From a virus (lineage: Duplodnaviria; Caudoviricetes), in IMG/VR virus record IMGVR_UViG_3300013121_000033, positions 32,001-96,000 of that record: a stretch of DNA of 64,000 bases. One strand, written 5' to 3'. Shown here piece by piece: positions 44,589-54,649 of this stretch (positions are counted from its first letter, which is position 1; the number at the start of each line of letters is the position of its first letter). Both the position numbers and the translations under genes were made by a program. The notes below the pieces were generated by a model that was given only the letters and a program-made list of their open reading frames with translations, made no database searches and had not been told where the DNA came from.

Positions 44589-45872
44589 ATGCGCATCTTC
44601 GGGTTCCAGGTGTACGGGTTCAAGGGCATCCGTGCGGTCGAGGTCGAGTTGGACCCCGACGGAAACCTGGTGGTCGTCACCGGCAAGAACGGGGCGGGGA
44701 AGTCGAGTGTCCTCGATGGCCTGTGGGCGGCGTTGTCCGGGAAGGCGGTGCCGCAGCGGCCGATCCACGACGGGGAGAGCGAGGCGTCGGTGTCGCTCGA
44801 CCTGGGCGACTACATCGTGCACCGGAGGTTCACCCAGTCCGGAGCGAAGTTGACGGTCGAGGCGCGCGACGGTGCCCGCTACCGGCGGGCGCAGGAACTC
44901 CTCGACGGGTTCGTCGGGGCGTTGTCGTTCGATCCGCTCGGGTTCACGAACCTCAAGGCCCGCGACCAGGTCGCCGCATTGCTTGACGTCGTCGACTTGC
45001 CGTTCGACCCTGCGGCGCTCGACGACGAGTACCGGGAGACGTTCGAGCAGCGGACCGTCACGAACCGGATGGTGAAGGAACTGTCCGCGCAGGTCGACGC
45101 AATCCCGCTCGCCCCTGACGGCACCCCTGACGAAGAGGTCGCGGTCGCTGACCTGGCCCGCGAGTACGCCGCCGCGCAGGAAGCGATCGCTGAGCGGTCC
45201 AGGCGGACCGAAGCGGTGCTCGCAGCACGAGACGCCGAGTCGAGCGCTGCCGACGAAGTCGCCAGGTTGGAAGCGGCGTTGGAAGCTGCCCGTGCTGGCC
45301 TCGTGCAACGGACCGTGGATCGGGAGGGGGCGGAGGCCCTGTTGGCTGTGATGCCGTCGTCGGACGAGTTGATGGCTGCCCGTGACGACGTCCAGGCGCG
45401 ACTAGCGGAGGTCGATGAGGTCAACGCTGCGGTGCGGGCGAAGCGGCAGCGGGCCGAGCAGGTCGACAGGTTGACGTTGCTGGAAGCGACAGCGGAGGAG
45501 CAGAACGAACGGTTGGCGGCGATCCAACGTCAGCGGGAGGAAGGGATCGCTCAGGCGGCGATGCCTGTCCCTGGGCTCGGGTTCACCGAGGAAGGCGTCA
45601 CCTACAACGGGGTGCCGTACTCGCAGTGTTCGACCGCCGAGCAGATCAAGGTCGCGGTCGGGATCGCGATGGCGGCGAACCCGCGGCTGCGGGTGTTGCG
45701 CATCGCGGAGGGCGGCTTGCTCGACGCCGACACCCTCGCGGTCATCGAGTCGATGGCCGGGGAGAACGACTACCAGGTGTTCGTCGAGGTCGTGAACCTC
45801 CCCGGCGGCGACCTGGGCTGCCAGACCATCGAGATCGTCGACGGGCACCTCGCCACCGACGGGGAAGGGTGA
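44589..45872 (+). CDS. SMC/SbcC-like ABC ATPase with coiled coil
   Basis: GFKGI..TGKNGAGKSS Walker A, long coiled coil, CSTAEQ signature-like segment, LRIAEGGLLD. Confidence 0.85.
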   Translation: MRIFGFQVYGFKGIRAVEVELDPDGNLVVVTGKNGAGKSSVLDGLWAALSGKAVPQRPIHDGESEASVSLDLGDYIVHRRFTQSGAKLTVEARDGARYRRAQELLDGFVGALSFDPLGFTNLKARDQVAALLDVVDLPFDPAALDDEYRETFEQRTVTNRMVKELSAQVDAIPLAPDGTPDEEVAVADLAREYAAAQEAIAERSRRTEAVLAARDAESSAADEVARLEAALEAARAGLVQRTVDREGAEALLAVMPSSDELMAARDDVQARLAEVDEVNAAVRAKRQRAEQVDRLTLLEATAEEQNERLAAIQRQREEGIAQAAMPVPGLGFTEEGVTYNGVPYSQCSTAEQIKVAVGIAMAANPRLRVLRIAEGGLLDADTLAVIESMAGENDYQVFVEVVNLPGGDLGCQTIEIVDGHLATDGEG

Positions 45873-45874
45873 AC

Positions 45875-46312
45875 ATGAGCACCGATTTGGAATCGTTGGC
45901 GCGCAACGCCCGGCCGCGGCCGTGGACGTACGACGCGTCGTCGGGGATCGTGAAGGCGCAGGTCGGGACCGTCGCCGACTTCGGGCCGTCGAACCCTGAC
46001 GCCGAGTTCGTCCTCGCTCTCGTGAACGGCTACGAGGAAGGCGAGGGCGGCACCCCGGTCCCCGACACGGTCGCGGTTGATGTCGACCGTCCGTTGCTCA
46101 CCCCACTCGGTCGGATCAAGGACGGCGCCGAGTCCCGCCCGGAGACACCGGAGGACCGGATGAAGGTGTTCGCCGAGTTGTTGGCGTGGCTGCGGGCGAA
46201 CCTGACGGCGTCCGGGTCGCGGCCCGACTGGGGTGCGGCGTTCGCGAAGTGCCCCGACCACCTCGCCCAGGCGTTCAACGACACGCTCAACACGGGGAAC
46301 GGGCCGTTGTGA
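45875..46312 (+). CDS. Hypothetical protein
   Basis: Operon packing. Confidence 0.6.
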   Translation: MSTDLESLARNARPRPWTYDASSGIVKAQVGTVADFGPSNPDAEFVLALVNGYEEGEGGTPVPDTVAVDVDRPLLTPLGRIKDGAESRPETPEDRMKVFAELLAWLRANLTASGSRPDWGAAFAKCPDHLAQAFNDTLNTGNGPL

Positions 46313-46977
46313 CCGTGGAGCCGGGCAGCGAGTGGACCAGTAAGGCGTCGGGGACGAAGTACACGGTCACCGAAGTGACAGGCGAGCAGGTGGCGTGGCG
46401 GTCCGAGGACGGGCGTCTCGGGGTCGACACCATCGAGGCGTGGAGAGCGGACATGGTGAAAGGGTCGATCCTCGACGTGCAGTTCCCGTCGCGGGCGCCG
46501 TGGACTCCCGGCGAGGTCGCGAAGCTCGCCGAGTGGCAGAACTGCGGGTGGGTGCACCCGTTCACCTGCGGCGCATGCCGCGACACGCTCGGGACTGACG
46601 GGAACGAACGGAAGCTCGTCCCGACGGTCCGAGGGTGGGAGTGTCCGACGTGCGACTACACACAGAACTGGTGCCACCAGTTCATGCTCGACGGCCCCCC
46701 ACCGTCACCGTTCGGGACGCGACCGTCGAACGACATCGCTGTCGACCCGGCGGTCCTAGTGCTCGCACTGCGCGGCGCGACTGCGCTGAAAGTCGACCCG
46801 GACCTCATCGTCCTGTGCGCCACGACTGCCGCAACTCACGCCGCGGCGTGCGCTGCTGCCGGAGTGATCTCGAAGCTCGTCGAGGTGTTGACCGTCATCG
46901 CGGTGAGCGTCGAGGACCCCGTCGCAGCGAATGCGGCTCGAACCGTGGCCGACCAACTCGGCCTGTCTCATGGCTGA
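46309..46977 (+). CDS. Hypothetical protein with HPFTC..C..CPTCDYTQNW zinc motif
   Basis: GTGA coupling. Confidence 0.6.
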   Translation: MTVEPGSEWTSKASGTKYTVTEVTGEQVAWRSEDGRLGVDTIEAWRADMVKGSILDVQFPSRAPWTPGEVAKLAEWQNCGWVHPFTCGACRDTLGTDGNERKLVPTVRGWECPTCDYTQNWCHQFMLDGPPPSPFGTRPSNDIAVDPAVLVLALRGATALKVDPDLIVLCATTAATHAAACAAAGVISKLVEVLTVIAVSVEDPVAANAARTVADQLGLSHG

Positions 46978-47362
46978 CCTCGCCGAGCAGATGCTCGCTC
47001 ACGCTGTCGGCGACTACGTCGTGCAGTCGCACTGGATGGCGAACGGCAAGACGAGCGGCCACGTTCCAGCAGCGGCGCATGCCGCGACGTACACGCTGCC
47101 GTTCCTTCGGTTCACCCGGTCCCCTTGGCGGCTCGCGGTGATCGGCGGCACCCACTTCGTGATCGACCGGTGGCGGCTCGCCAGGTACGTCGTGTGGGCC
47201 AAGAACCAGGTGGCTCCGGCGGACCAGCGGTTCCCGCTCGACAGCACAACGACCGGCTACCCGGCCGAGACGCCACCGTGGCTCGCTGTGTGGCTGATGA
47301 TCGTCTGCGACAACGTCCTCCACGTCCTCGTCAACCGGGCGGCTTTGAAGGGAGTCAACTGA
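46970..47362 (+). CDS. DUF3307-like membrane protein
   Basis: HAVGDYVVQS..H..THFVID..DNVLH. Confidence 0.75.
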   Translation: MADLAEQMLAHAVGDYVVQSHWMANGKTSGHVPAAAHAATYTLPFLRFTRSPWRLAVIGGTHFVIDRWRLARYVVWAKNQVAPADQRFPLDSTTTGYPAETPPWLAVWLMIVCDNVLHVLVNRAALKGVN

Positions 47363-47706
47363 TGCATGTGACCAGATACGACCGGACGGCGGTCATGTCG
47401 TTGTCGTACGAGCCGGACCCGTCGATGGACGCCGTGTTCGCTTCGTCTCTCCCCAGCGTCGGGGCGTACGCGATGCCGCACAACGAGTGGGTGCTGGTCG
47501 GCCGACCCACCGAGATCACCGTCATGATCCTCCCCGGCGAGGGACGCATCGGTGAGGCAGTATTGCCGGGCAGCGAGGACGATGCCGGATGGCAACGCGA
47601 CCAGCGTGAGGTTGCCCTGTCGCTCGCTACTGCCGTGACAACCACGGGTGAGGATGCGTTGGTCGTGGCCGAGCAGTTCTACCAGTGGATCGAGCGGGGG
47701 GACTGA
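47362..47706 (+). CDS. Hypothetical protein
   Basis: GGAG SD; TGATG overlap. Confidence 0.55.
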   Translation: MHVTRYDRTAVMSLSYEPDPSMDAVFASSLPSVGAYAMPHNEWVLVGRPTEITVMILPGEGRIGEAVLPGSEDDAGWQRDQREVALSLATAVTTTGEDALVVAEQFYQWIERGD

Positions 47707-47707
47707 G

Positions 47708-48307
47708 ATGGCTTTCCGCCGCCGCCGCTCCCCGGCGCCACCTTCGTTGTTCGACAAGGCCCTCGACTTGGTCGATGGCATGGAATCGGTGCCGGTGGTG
47801 AACGTCGCTGACGCTCCGATCTCGGAGTTGCGCCGCCTGTTCGTCGACGGGACCCCATCGACAGCGGATATGGCAGCGTTGCTGGTCAGGTTGGAACGTG
47901 TGGAGGCATCGAGCCGGGCGTTGCAGGCGTCCCGTACCGGTGTCCGCAGCACCGACCCTGACACGGCCGCTGACGCCGCCGCCGCGGTCCGGAAGCGGGA
48001 AGGGACGAACCTGGCAGCGTTCCGGGCGGGGACCCACAAGCACCGGCTGCTCGCGACGTACGCCCGGCTCGCTGACCAGTACGGGGGGTCCGAGTTCGGG
48101 GTGTCAGACGATGTCGTCGCACGGGAAGCCGGGTTGCATCGGCCGGGGGTGTGCTGGTGGAAGCGGTCGAGCGAACTCCGCCAGGTCGGCTACATCGAGG
48201 CCACCGGCGCAGTCGCGGTCGACCCGGACTCGGGGAAGGAACGGGAGCGCTGCCGGATCACCGACGCCGGACGCGCGTACCTCGCGGCGTTGGGGCCGGT
48301 CGAGTGA
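47708..48307 (+). CDS. Winged-helix DNA-binding protein
   Basis: R.TDPDT..AA..WKRSSELRQVGYIE..ITDAGR. Confidence 0.6.
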   Translation: MAFRRRRSPAPPSLFDKALDLVDGMESVPVVNVADAPISELRRLFVDGTPSTADMAALLVRLERVEASSRALQASRTGVRSTDPDTAADAAAAVRKREGTNLAAFRAGTHKHRLLATYARLADQYGGSEFGVSDDVVAREAGLHRPGVCWWKRSSELRQVGYIEATGAVAVDPDSGKERERCRITDAGRAYLAALGPVE

Positions 48308-48516
48308 CGGCGCCGCTGCGCGTCGGCGACGTCCTGTACGGGTTCTGCGGCGGCTCGTTCGGGTCGGACTTCGCGAAGAGCTACGACGACAAGCGGGTCG
48401 AGGCGATCGGCGCCGACTGGGTCGTGGCTCGCGACACCGACGGGGAACCGCTGTTCTACAAGGGCGACCCCGACGACCTGACCCGCCACCGAACCCCGGA
48501 GGACACTGATGGATGA
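48304..48516 (+). CDS. Small hypothetical protein
   Basis: LRVGDVLYGFCGGSFG..KRVEAIGADWVVAR. Confidence 0.6.
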   Translation: MTAPLRVGDVLYGFCGGSFGSDFAKSYDDKRVEAIGADWVVARDTDGEPLFYKGDPDDLTRHRTPEDTDG

Positions 48517-48874
48517 CGAGCCGTGCGGCCGGTGGGTTGTGACCCGCTTCCTGGAAGGCGCTCAGGCGGAGACACGGTGGTGTGACCGCCGGGATGGGCC
48601 GTGCCCGTTCCCGAACACGCCGCCGGTCGACCCGGACGGCCCTCTGTGTGGGGCGTCACCGACGAAACGGCTGCGGGTCACATACAGCGACGACACCGTT
48701 CAACGGTCCCTGGATCGGTTCCAACGGCTCGTGTCGGAACGGTTGATGCTCACCGGCGACGACCACGCTTACGAGGAAACCCTCCGGGGTTTGGCTGCGG
48801 TCGGGTTGATCGCCGACGACATCTTCATCGCACGCTCGGCGCTGGAAGCGTGCGGCGCTGATGGCGGCGAATGA
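48509..48874 (+). CDS. Hypothetical protein
   Basis: GGAGGA SD. Confidence 0.55.
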   Translation: MDDEPCGRWVVTRFLEGAQAETRWCDRRDGPCPFPNTPPVDPDGPLCGASPTKRLRVTYSDDTVQRSLDRFQRLVSERLMLTGDDHAYEETLRGLAAVGLIADDIFIARSALEACGADGGE

Positions 48875-49326
48875 GTCACGTCCTGGTTGTCGGCCCGTGG
48901 GACAACGAGACGCGCCGCCCGGTCTGGATGATGGAGCATCCTGATACCTGCCAGGTTGGCGAGTGTCGGGTGTCGGTGTTGTTGGCCCGGTTCGAGTTGG
49001 ACGCGTTTCATGGTGGCGAACCGGTCCGGGAGTGGGGAGCGCTGGCGTCTGATTGGCCTGCTGGGGTGTCGTCGGTGCCGGGTCGTTACCGGGTTCGGGC
49101 GTCTGGTGACTTCATCGAGGTCGACACCAGGTCTGCGTCGGCGGACTGGGCTGAGGTTGACGGGATGTGGCATCGCGTCGACTGGGATTCCCGTAGCGGC
49201 GAGGCCGTGTTGGTGTGCTCGGGCCTGATCGTTCCGAAGGCCCCGGCTGATGTGTTCGACTACCGGTGGTCGCCGCCCGGTGCCGTCTGTCCGACGTCGG
49301 GGTGTCAACGCCCCGTGGAACCGTAG
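48871..49326 (+). CDS. Hypothetical protein
   Basis: ATGA overlap. Confidence 0.55.
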   Translation: MSHVLVVGPWDNETRRPVWMMEHPDTCQVGECRVSVLLARFELDAFHGGEPVREWGALASDWPAGVSSVPGRYRVRASGDFIEVDTRSASADWAEVDGMWHRVDWDSRSGEAVLVCSGLIVPKAPADVFDYRWSPPGAVCPTSGCQRPVEP

Positions 49327-49335
49327 GAGGGGATT

Positions 49336-49893
49336 GTGGGTTGGAGTATCGGGTTCGATCAGCGGTGGCGCCGCGACGTCGGGTACGGGGTCCCGGCGAC
49401 GTGTGACTATCCGGGGTGCGAACGGTCGATCGACCGTGGCCTCGCGTTCGTGTGTGGCGGCCGCCCGTACGGCGGCGCGTTCGGGTGCGGCTTGTTCTTC
49501 TGCTCGGACCATCAGTTCGGCGTCGAGTTCCCCCTCGGTGACCTCACCCCGAGCGAGGTCGAACCCGACGGCCTGGTAAGCGTCGACGACGACGGCAACC
49601 CGGTCATCTATGTCGGGCAGGTGTGTGAACGGTGCGCCGACTTCCTTCAAGCTGGCGGCGACCTCGAACCGTTCACCCCGTCACTGGACACCGTCGAGTG
49701 GATGGCGTTCAAGCTGCTCCACCCGTCGTGGCAAGAGTGGCGCGACGGGCACGCCGACGAGGTGTCAGCGATGCGCCAGTCGATCATCGACCGGCTGCCG
49801 TTGATGCCTCCCGACGCGATCTCCCGGATCGTCGCCGAGTTCGAGTTCGACGACATCAACGCCGACGACACCCGGCGTCTCTTGCGCCTCTAG
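49336..49893 (+). CDS. Cys-rich hypothetical phage protein
   Basis: MGWSIG..RDVGYGVPATCDYPGC..IDRGL..CG..GCGLFFC. Confidence 0.65.
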   Translation: MGWSIGFDQRWRRDVGYGVPATCDYPGCERSIDRGLAFVCGGRPYGGAFGCGLFFCSDHQFGVEFPLGDLTPSEVEPDGLVSVDDDGNPVIYVGQVCERCADFLQAGGDLEPFTPSLDTVEWMAFKLLHPSWQEWRDGHADEVSAMRQSIIDRLPLMPPDAISRIVAEFEFDDINADDTRRLLRL

Positions 49894-52800
49894 AACAGGG
49901 ACGGCTGGGCGTCGTCCACTGGCCGCCGTCGTTCCTGCACTCCTGCGTACTGGGGGCCTCCGCGGTAGCCGCGTTCGATCCGCTGGCGGATCAACGGCAG
50001 GTAGTCGCCGGTCTTTTCGACTGCGACCACGTTGAACCCTTCGAGGATCGCAGCCTCGATCGTGGTGCCGGACCCGGCGAACGGCTCAAGGATCACGCCC
50101 GGTCGGGATTCAAGGGGCGTCCCGCAGACACGACACCGCCGCAGTGCGGACAGATGACCGGCTTCCGCGGCTTCGGCAGCCTGTCGTGCTCGCGCTTCGG
50201 GAGCACTTCCAGATTCTCCGGCCGGTTGTCCGCCTTGTCGCCGTTCTTGTGGTGCACGACCTCGTCGGCGGTCAGCATCCGACCCAAGTGCTCCGCCATG
50301 ACCATCCGATGCACCAACACCATCCCGGTCTTCGACGCCATCGGGTGCTCCGGTCGATACACGGCCAGGTAGCCCCGTGGCGTCACGGTTGGCGTGGTCT
50401 TGCGTCGGGAGAGACCCGCCGCCTTTGCGGCACACGCCCGCGAGCAGAACCGTGTCGTCTTCGCTCGCGGCGAGAATGTCGTCCCGCACTTCTCGCACGC
50501 TCGCTCGGGGATTGGCGTGCGGCCCCGCATCGCCTCCGCCGCGCACGTCGGTGAGCAGAACTTCTGACGCGCCCTCCTCGTCGTCGTTCCGCACACGGGA
50601 CACGGGGAGCGGGGAATCACCCGGCTCGCCGCCCGGCACGCGTCGGAGCAATACGTCGCCTCCGCCCGCTTGACTGTCGTCCCGCACAGGGGGCACGTCG
50701 TCAAGGGGTGCTTCCGTGCTCGCCCGGCGGCCTTGTTCCTGCACCGCACCGAACAGACGATCTGTTCCGGTCTGTTGGGTGTGAACGGTTCTTGGCATTC
50801 TCTGCACAGCTTCACGATCAGGCAGCGTAGAACACGCGGGGCAGTGCCATGTGGACGGCGGGGTCACCAACCTGCACAGCCAGCGCATCAACGCGAGCGG
50901 TTTCACCGTCGGATGCCGGGTCCCGTCCTCCCCGACCGGTCGTTCCGACGACGGCGCCTTCGCGACGTACATGAACGCCGGATCGGGTAGCTCCACCTCG
51001 AACGTCGGGAAGAACCGCGACGCCCCGCCCGTGTCGCTGTACTCCGCTCCCGTTCTTCGCATACCGAACCCTTTGCCGCCGTCACGAGTCCATGACGACT
51101 CCTCGGTCCCGCGCCGCTCACTCCCAGGTCGACCGGACACGTCCCCGGACTGTTCGTCGAGCGCGGCGACCGGACACCCCGGCTCGCACTCCCACTCCGG
51201 CACATGCCGCCAACGGTTCCATTCGCTGGCTCCCGACTCAGCGCTCGTCTTGCCACCTTCGTAGCCGACCTTGCCTGGGGTCTTGACGGTGCGGGTGCCG
51301 ACCTGTCGGCACCCCTCGGAATGGGAGAACGTGAAGTAGTCGGACCACCCGGGCGGGATCAACTCAGCCGGGATCGCAACTCCGCGTTCTCCGCCCGGAG
51401 CCGTTCCACCTCGATCAGCAACATCGCGTACTGTCGCTCGATCTCCCGATGACCCACCGAATGCGCCGCCCTCGGGACCACAGTCAGGTTCTCCGGGCGG
51501 TTGTCCGCCTTCTCCCCATTCTCGTGGTGCACCACCTCGTTCGTCGTCAGCGGCCGTCCCAGCTTCGCTGCTGCTACCGCCCGGTGCTCCGCCACGTACC
51601 GCTGTGTCGGCTTGACCATCTGCCTGACGAGCGCTTGCGTCGCCTCGGGGAGCAGGTCGATCATCACGAACCGGTAGCCCCCGCTGTTCGTGTAGGTCCC
51701 GCCCTTCCACTGCGACGATCGTTCCTTCACGTACCGGCCCGTCGCTGCCGCCGACATCTTCGCCCGCGCCTCCGTGGTGTGTGCCTTCCCCAGCCGGTTC
51801 CGGTTCCTTGCGTTCGCTGCCTGTCGGCATCGAGCCGAGCAGTACCGGCGACGACCGTTTCGCACCCACCCCGGAGTCACCTCGAACGGCTCGTTGCACT
51901 GACGACAGTTGATCGTCACCCACTCCGTCTTGCGGACCCCCTTCCGCGAAGCCCCCGTGCACGCCATCGAGCAAAACTTCCGTCTCGCCAGGTCCGACGG
52001 CATCCCCCAAATCGGCTCGCCGCAGTGGGCGCAAGGCTTCGAGATTGCCGTAGTAGGCAACGATCGCATCTTCGACTTCGGCGGGGAGGTCATCGCGGAG
52101 AGCGTAGTAGTCATACCGCAGATGCGACATCACGAAGTTGGCGGGCCACCGGCCCTCGGTGGTCGTGCCGACCGCTTTCGATCCGCCGTCGAACCCCGAC
52201 CCGGCGTTCTGCCTGCCCGCGTACACGGCCCCGTTAGCCGATTCCTTCGGGTCGATCTCACGGGCTGGTCGCCCACCGGCCTCCGTCGGAGCGACCCGTG
52301 TGCCGTCGATGTTGAGTGCGCCGGTGCCGTGTTCGAGCACGTTCGCGGCGAGGGTGCCTGACAGCGGCTTGCGGGCGAGAAGGATGGGCTCATGAGCGGG
52401 CTTCAACGCCGTCCCCCATGACGACCACCGCTCGGCAAGGTCCGAGGTAGGGACCCGCTCGACGCGCTCGCCAACCCATCGTTCACCGTCGCCCTGGTAG
52501 CCAAAATCACCACGGGTGATGGCGACAACCTCGTCGCCCCGCTCCATCGCTTCATCGAACGGCGTGACGTCGAGCCCCATCGCCACCTTGATCCTCGGCC
52601 ACAGCCCCGGCTCGGGCAGGCTGATCCCGTCCTCCCAGTTCCGCACGTTCCCGTCCGACCGACCATCGAAGATCGCCCGCTCAAACTCGGCACGCGATAA
52701 CCCCAGTTCCTCGCGACGCGCCCGCATGAACACGACCGCCTCCCGCGCCGCTAGTGCACCACCCGCACGCTTCGCGATCGCCTTCCCAACATTCATGGAC

Positions 52801-54156
52801 TTCGGGAAGCCTGAGTTGCCGGTGATGAACACCTTGCCGTTGCGGCGAGCAACAAACGCGCCCGAGGGTACGCCGATGCACCACACCTCACCCGTGTAGC
52901 TCTCCCACATCGCAGCGTCCAGGTGCCTGTGCTGTAGCTCAGTCGTGGCCGTCTGGCGGGCGTACACAGCGCCACCCGAGCGACCGGTGGCCGGGTCTCG
53001 CATCCCGACCTTCCCGGCCCGCCCGGTGAGGGCTAGCAAGGTCTGGAACCACACGAGGTCGTCCTCGTGCTTCTGGAAGAACTGCCATGCCCCGAGCGCC
53101 CCTCGCTTCCGTTGCTGGTGGCCGTCGCCGAGTAGCGCCGCTTCGAGCAACGCCTCCTTCTCCGCTGCCGTCATCCGCCACAGCAGTTCGTACGTGGGCC
53201 GCTTGCCGGGGAGGTCCGCCCGCACGCGGTTCGCTAGGTCGCCGGAGAAGAACCACGTCGTTTCGACGTACTCACGGTCGCGGTAGGTGCGGGTCCGGTC
53301 GTATCGCTTGTGGGTGCCGAGACGATCCATGAGAGCAGCAATCTGCGCCACCTTGTCAGAGTTGACACTCGACTGGTAAATCCGCACGCCGGTGCCAGAC
53401 AGATCGAACCCGCCTTCGGTCCATACCCAGCCGAGCAGCGCTGCGTAGTCGGTACCGCCGATGCCGGGGCCGTCGTGTAGCCCCGCGACTGGCAACCGGA
53501 GGCGGCGGGCCGGGCGCAGGTCGGCAGCTTCAGCGACGGTCCACACGTTGTCGTACCACTCGCGGCGAACCCCGTTGGTCATCCGCCGTTGGGAGCGCTG
53601 GTGCCAGACACGGTGGTTCGGGGTGAGCATCTGATCGGTGTCGGCATTGCGGAGCACGGTCATGGGACCGTCCCACGGTGCCCGGTAGGTGCGATCGACT
53701 GCGGCGAGAGTTACCGCTCCCGTCGCTGGGTCCCACTGTGCGACGAGGTCGCCTTCCACAAGGTCGATGCCAGAACGCCAACCCGTCGGGGTCAGCACCT
53801 CGACATCGTCGGTGAGGCACCCGTAGACCCAGTGGATCGAGTCTCTGATCTCGAACCCGGCGTCCTCAACCCCCGAAGCCAACCGGTGATAGCAGCGGGT
53901 CGCGCCGAACGCGACCAGGTGGCCGCCCGGTTTCAGCACACGGAAGCATTCCGCAGCCCACTCGCGGCACCACTCCTCGAACCGGCGCGGCGACTCGAAC
54001 GCATCCCAACTCGAACCCATGAAGCCGCCGCCCGGGAAGGCATAAGGCGGGTCCGTCACGAACTGCGTCGATCGAGCAGTCAGGGAGGGTGGGGAGGATG
54101 TCCTCGACGCGGCCGTGGTGGATCGCGACGCGGTCGTCGGTGTACCAGATGGTCAC
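49890..54156 (-). CDS. Beta-class DNA methyltransferase with an intein, two in-frame insertions and an apparent 1-nt frameshift near the 5' end
   Basis: DAV/VTDPPY, RVLKPGG, GFPKS, LKPAHEPI.LARKP, GRWPAN, HPTVKP, ILEPFAGSGTT; the first 32 codons (54156-54061) are in another frame. Confidence 0.85.
50093..50815 (-). CDS. HNH endonuclease nested out of frame in the methyltransferase
   Basis: Repeated CxxC..CSxxC fingers; VLVHRMVMAEHLGR.L..EVVHHKNGDKADNRPENL. Confidence 0.85.
   Translation of the reverse strand: MKLCRECQEPFTPNRPEQIVCSVRCRNKAAGRARKHPLTTCPLCGTTVKRAEATYCSDACRAASRVIPRSPCPVCGTTTRRARQKFCSPTCAAEAMRGRTPIPERACEKCGTTFSPRAKTTRFCSRACAAKAAGLSRRKTTPTVTPRGYLAVYRPEHPMASKTGMVLVHRMVMAEHLGRMLTADEVVHHKNGDKADNRPENLEVLPKREHDRLPKPRKPVICPHCGGVVSAGRPLNPDRA
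51359..52114 (-). CDS. Second HNH endonuclease nested out of frame in the methyltransferase
   Basis: CxxC/CSxxC fingers; NUMOD3-like GKAHTTEARAKMS; WKGG; EHR..LGRPL..EVVHHENGEKADNRPENL. Start may be a downstream ATG. Confidence 0.85.
   Translation of the reverse strand: MTTTLSAMTSPPKSKMRSLPTTAISKPCAHCGEPIWGMPSDLARRKFCSMACTGASRKGVRKTEWVTINCRQCNEPFEVTPGWVRNGRRRYCSARCRQAANARNRNRLGKAHTTEARAKMSAAATGRYVKERSSQWKGGTYTNSGGYRFVMIDLLPEATQALVRQMVKPTQRYVAEHRAVAAAKLGRPLTTNEVVHHENGEKADNRPENLTVVPRAAHSVGHREIERQYAMLLIEVERLRAENAELRSRLS
52815..53819 (-). mobile_element. Intein (335 aa) with LAGLIDADG-type endonuclease domain
   Basis: YG|CLTDDVEVLT..TPNHRV..LLGWVWTEG..LLGDG..VWCIGVP..RRNGKVFITGN|SGFPKS. Confidence 0.9.
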
Positions 54157-54181
54157 AGGTGGGGGAGCGTAGGCGAAGGGG

Positions 54182-54601
54182 TTACGCGGTGATGTGGTTG
54201 AGGGCGGCGGTGGCGGTCTGGCCGAGGAGTTCGTAGACGGGGTCGGGGTAGTCGGCGGCGTGGCGGTCGTGGTAGTCGGCGAGGGCGTCGATGAACTTGT
54301 TGGGTTGGCGGGTGCGGGCGGTGATCGCGACGGCTTCGGTGACGAACACGAGGTCGGCGAGGTCGGTGATCTCGTGTTCGCTGGTGGCGCCGTCCAGGGC
54401 TGCGGCGGCCCGGTGGAGGATCGCGGTTTCGAGGAGTTCGTGGAGGCTCGTGAAGTGGACGTAGACCGCTCCGGCGGTGAACCCGGCGGTGCGGGCGATG
54501 TCCTGGACGCGTGTCCGGTAGCCCTTCTCTGCGAACAGGTCCGCTGTTGCGGTGATGAGGCGTTCACGGGTGGAGAGTTCGATGTCGATGACGTTGCTCA
54601 T
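54182..54601 (-). CDS. TetR-family HTH protein
   Basis: TRERLITATADLFAEKGY..VQDIARTAGFTAGAVYVHF; upstream TTGACC-18-AAGAAT. Confidence 0.8.
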   Translation of the reverse strand: MSNVIDIELSTRERLITATADLFAEKGYRTRVQDIARTAGFTAGAVYVHFTSLHELLETAILHRAAAALDGATSEHEITDLADLVFVTEAVAITARTRQPNKFIDALADYHDRHAADYPDPVYELLGQTATAALNHITA

Positions 54602-54649
54602 GGTGAACATTCTTGTTCGGATGGGGGTGGTGGGTCAACGGGGCTGCCG

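Noticed and set aside
44421-45308. N-terminal extension of the 1079-aa ORF 42069-45308
   Set aside because: It is the antisense shadow of the ATPase gene plus the promoter gap; the SD and late promoter support a start at 44420
6901-48277. 22-bp identity GATCACCGACGCCGGACGCGCG at 6901-6922 and 48256-48277
   Set aside because: Encodes the common wHTH ending ITDAGRA in preferred codons; no other sign of an att site
50103-52121. Group I introns or extra inteins as the explanation for the MTase inserts
   Set aside because: The HNH ORFs fill almost the whole inserts, leaving no room for a ribozyme core; no intein terminal motifs; the host frame is open. Not excluded without RT-PCR.
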